Shown in pieces: positions 63,655-64,000 of a stretch of 64,000 nt of DNA; within the stretch, counting starts at the first letter, position 1, and every line of letters begins with the position of its first letter. The stretch is from positions 57,757 through 121,756 of the forward strand of contig JBMNLX010000003.1 of the NCBI GenBank assembly GCA_050953085.1. Reading direction: 5' to 3'. The notes beneath the pieces were generated by a model. That model was not told where the DNA came from. It searched no databases and saw only the letters and a program-made list of their open reading frames with translations. A program made the position numbers and the translations under genes. Source of the DNA: Bacilli bacterium. Its GTDB lineage: Bacteria; Bacillota_I; Bacilli_A; ML615J-28; CAG-698.

Positions 63655-64000
63655 TTAAGCTAATGTTTCGGGGGCAATCTTGATGCCCGGGCTCATTGAT
63701 GTGGAAAGCGATATGTTTTTGACATAAACGCCTTTAACCGTTTGCGGCCGTAAGCGAACCAAGTTTTGATAGACGGTTCTGATGTTCTCGACCAGTTTCT
63801 CGTCATCGAAACTTACCTTGCCGACGATGATCGGGATATTACCGTTTTTGTCGACGCGGAAAGTGACCTTGCCCGCTTTGACTTCCTGAACCGCCCTTTC
63901 GACATCCATGGTGACGGTGCCGGTCTTGGCGTTCGGCATCAGACCTTTCGGCCCGAGAATCTTACCCAATTTGCCAAGCTCGCCCATCATGTCGGGAGTG
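63655..64000 (-). CDS. rplA: 50S ribosomal protein L1 (C-terminal part; gene continues beyond the window end)
   Basis: uL1 C-terminal sequence ...[49 protein letters not shown]. The ORF is open to the window edge. Confidence 0.9.
   Translation of the reverse strand, partial: TPDMMGELGKLGKILGPKGLMPNAKTGTVTMDVERAVQEVKAGKVTFRVDKNGNIPIIVGKVSFDDEKLVENIRTVYQNLVRLRPQTVKGVYVKNISLSTSMSPGIKIAPETLA

Overview
This 64-kb window looks like chromosome from a spore-forming Firmicute of the Clostridia. Two things support that: a cotJ spore-coat operon, and a ribosomal protein S12 carrying the Clostridia-type internal insertion. Almost everything is encoded on the minus strand.

Main blocks, left to right:
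- An MBL-fold hydrolase, then cotJC and a CotJA–CotJB fusion-like gene.
- A complete glycogen operon, glgB-glgC-glgD-glgA-glgP plus a GH13 cyclomaltodextrinase/neopullulanase-like gene, with a 4-alpha-glucanotransferase (malQ) just upstream.
- A degraded transposase remnant.
- Housekeeping genes for a URO-D family protein, a flavin reductase-like protein, a long uridine-kinase-family protein and an O-antigen-ligase-like membrane protein.
- infC (ATT start)-rpmI-rplT, followed by ISLre2-like transposase fragments.
- An uncharacterised AT-rich 4-gene module (two exported proteins plus an ABC ATPase and permease).
- pepP-like aminopeptidase, phosphoglucomutase, a CDF transporter, a cluster of four small SHOCT-like/DUF2089 proteins, acpP, a DAG-kinase-family lipid kinase, tex, cinA and ychF.
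- A folate-binding-like protein and a class A PBP on the plus strand, then two paralogous trypsin-like protease lipoproteins, tatD and a GNAT acetyltransferase.
- The str/rif region: tuf, fusA, rpsG, rpsL, an intact ISNCY-like IS inserted between rpsL and rpoC, and a single 2375-aa in-frame rpoB-rpoC fusion ORF.
- ybxB-like methyltransferase, lgt, a second malQ paralog, and a cobalamin-riboswitch-controlled lipoprotein containing a perfect 306-bp tandem duplication (two DUF4430-like domains).
- A solo 180-bp fragment of the same IS, a bidirectional terminator, then rplL, rplJ and partial rplA.

No rRNA, tRNA or CRISPR arrays were seen. The points most worth follow-up are the rpoBC fusion, the B12 riboswitch with the tandem-duplicated lipoprotein sitting inside the rplL–rpoB junction, the IS in the rpoC–rpsL spacer, and the orphan ABC/exported-protein module.
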